Assembly (NCBI GenBank): GCA_013265495.1
Contig: MU058645.1
Coordinates: 1 to 64,000 of the forward strand
From: Vicugna vicugna
Taxonomy: Eukaryota
Reading direction: 5' to 3'
Length of the DNA stretch: 64,000 bases
Shown here one piece after another: positions 62,573-64,000 of this stretch. The position numbers were made by a program, and so were the translations under genes. The stretch's first letter is position 1. Each line of letters opens with the position of its first letter. The notes under the pieces were generated by a model. That model saw only the letters and a list, made by a program, of their open reading frames with translations, was not told the DNA's origin and searched no databases.

Positions 62573-63355
62573 TAAACCATCTAAGCCCCTGATATGCAGT
62601 GGCTCTTTACCACATTAGGACACGTGGATTCTCTTGGCAGAACTGGGCAAAGGAAAACAGCAGCACGCTGGGGGTCCTCGCTGCCACCTTACACGACTCT
62701 TGCCCTGGGTGTCCCACAGCAGTGGTAGTTCCCCCTGGCCTGCACCTCACTGTGCAGCCAGCCTGTCTCTGAGATGTGCACCCAGCATTTTCCGAAGCCT
62801 GTGTGATATATTAAGACACTGTGTTCACTGTTGAAGGCAGCCATCTGTTCTGAAGAGCTGACACATTTGTTCTGATAGCAGCGCTGGGAAGAGGTCTAAC
62901 AGAGCTGCAGCGGGGTGGTAGGACAGAAGGCAGCTGGCGGCCCCAGGCCCCATAAGAACAGGATGGAAAGCTCTACTGGGAACTGAAAAAGACCAAAGAA
63001 CTCTCACGCAAGCAATCCAGTTGTGACACCGAGATAACAGCCAAACCACAAGGTACAGGCAACCTTTTCCATCTCTCGCCTAAGGAGAGTATAAGGGAAT
63101 GCAAGGCCCTCATGGGAAGCAGGTGGAAGCATCTGCAAACTCATCCCTCCCTTTTAGGATAAACAATTTTGATATAAAAAGACTATGTATCGGATCATAC
63201 CATTACACATCTACCTTCTTTTAGGCATAAGACAAGAACTAACTTGTCCTCTGCTTCTTGACAGCATGATGGCCCAGCAGGTGAGAATTCACACACTAGG
63301 GTACCCTGACAGGCTTTCGTAGGAGGGGGCACCAAGTCAGGAATGTTAAGGGGAT

Positions 63356-63826
63356 GTGGTAGGTAAAACAATGGCTCCTCAAAAATGTCCACATCTGAAC
63401 CTTTGGAACCTATGAATTCGCTATGTCCTAAGGTAAATTGAATTAAGATTGTAGACAGAATTTTATATGCAAATCAGCTAATTTTGAATGGGGAGATTAT
63501 CGTGGATTATTGGATAGACCCAATGTAATCTCACAGGAAGGAGGCAGGAGTGTGTCAGAATCATGTGTTGTGAGACTCAAGCAGCCATTGGAGGCTTTGA
63601 AGCTGGAAGGGGTCCACCAGCCACGGGATGCTGACAGGCTCTAGAAGCTGGAAAAGGCTGGACTCACTCCTAGAGCCTCCAGAAAGGCACACGCCCTGCT
63701 GAGACCTTGGGTTTAGCCCAGTGAGAGCCATTTTCAACTTCTGATCTCGAGAACTGTATGATAATAACATTGCGTTCTTGCCAGTCACTAAGGATGATTA
63801 TTCACAGCAGCAATAGGAGAATAATG
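63356..63826 (+). mobile_element. MaLR MLT1D-like solo LTR
   Basis: tgtggtaggtaaaacaatggctcctcaaaaatgtccacatc...ctctagaagctggaaaagg...cagcagcaatagga. Confidence 0.88.
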
Positions 63827-64000
63827 GAGGGTTTTATTTTTTGCATTGTGGCCGACTCAGAGCAGCAGGTTGATAAATTTAGCAGCGGTGACTTAGCGGG
63901 GAGAGAGAAAGACATTTCATGGCTGCATGTGTTTGCATCATATGTTGAATTCTATCATAATTTCAGCTCTCCCGATTTAGAAGCGATAGGGGCTATAATC

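Noticed and set aside
1..64000. CRISPR array, operon, defence system or other prokaryote-type system
   Set aside because: There is no regularly spaced repeat-spacer structure and no long ORFs; the sequence is mammalian repeat-rich DNA

Overview
This is eukaryotic, placental-mammal genomic DNA, not prokaryotic. It is intergenic or intronic and dominated by decayed transposable elements: old and young LINE-1 (L1), L2, MIR, MaLR/ERVL solo LTRs, and Tigger and hAT DNA transposons. The young L1 3' UTRs look cetartiodactyl, possibly camelid; this is from recalled consensus and needs checking. I found no supportable host protein-coding gene, RNA gene or CRISPR array. The only recognisable protein fragments are L1 ORF1/ORF2 and a Tigger transposase N-terminus. 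The most interesting signals are: (1) short GC/CpG peaks that overwrite repeat copies with AT-to-GC substitutions, a likely GC-biased gene conversion hotspot signature; (2) a nested L1 cluster with a candidate 3' transduction; (3) an orphan CpG island with a perfect heat-shock element; (4) CTCF/YY1/FOX motif clusters; and (5) palindromic scars resembling templated repair. Repeat subfamily names and most boundaries are by-eye estimates, good to tens of bp. I see no convincing evidence of a novel multi-gene system.
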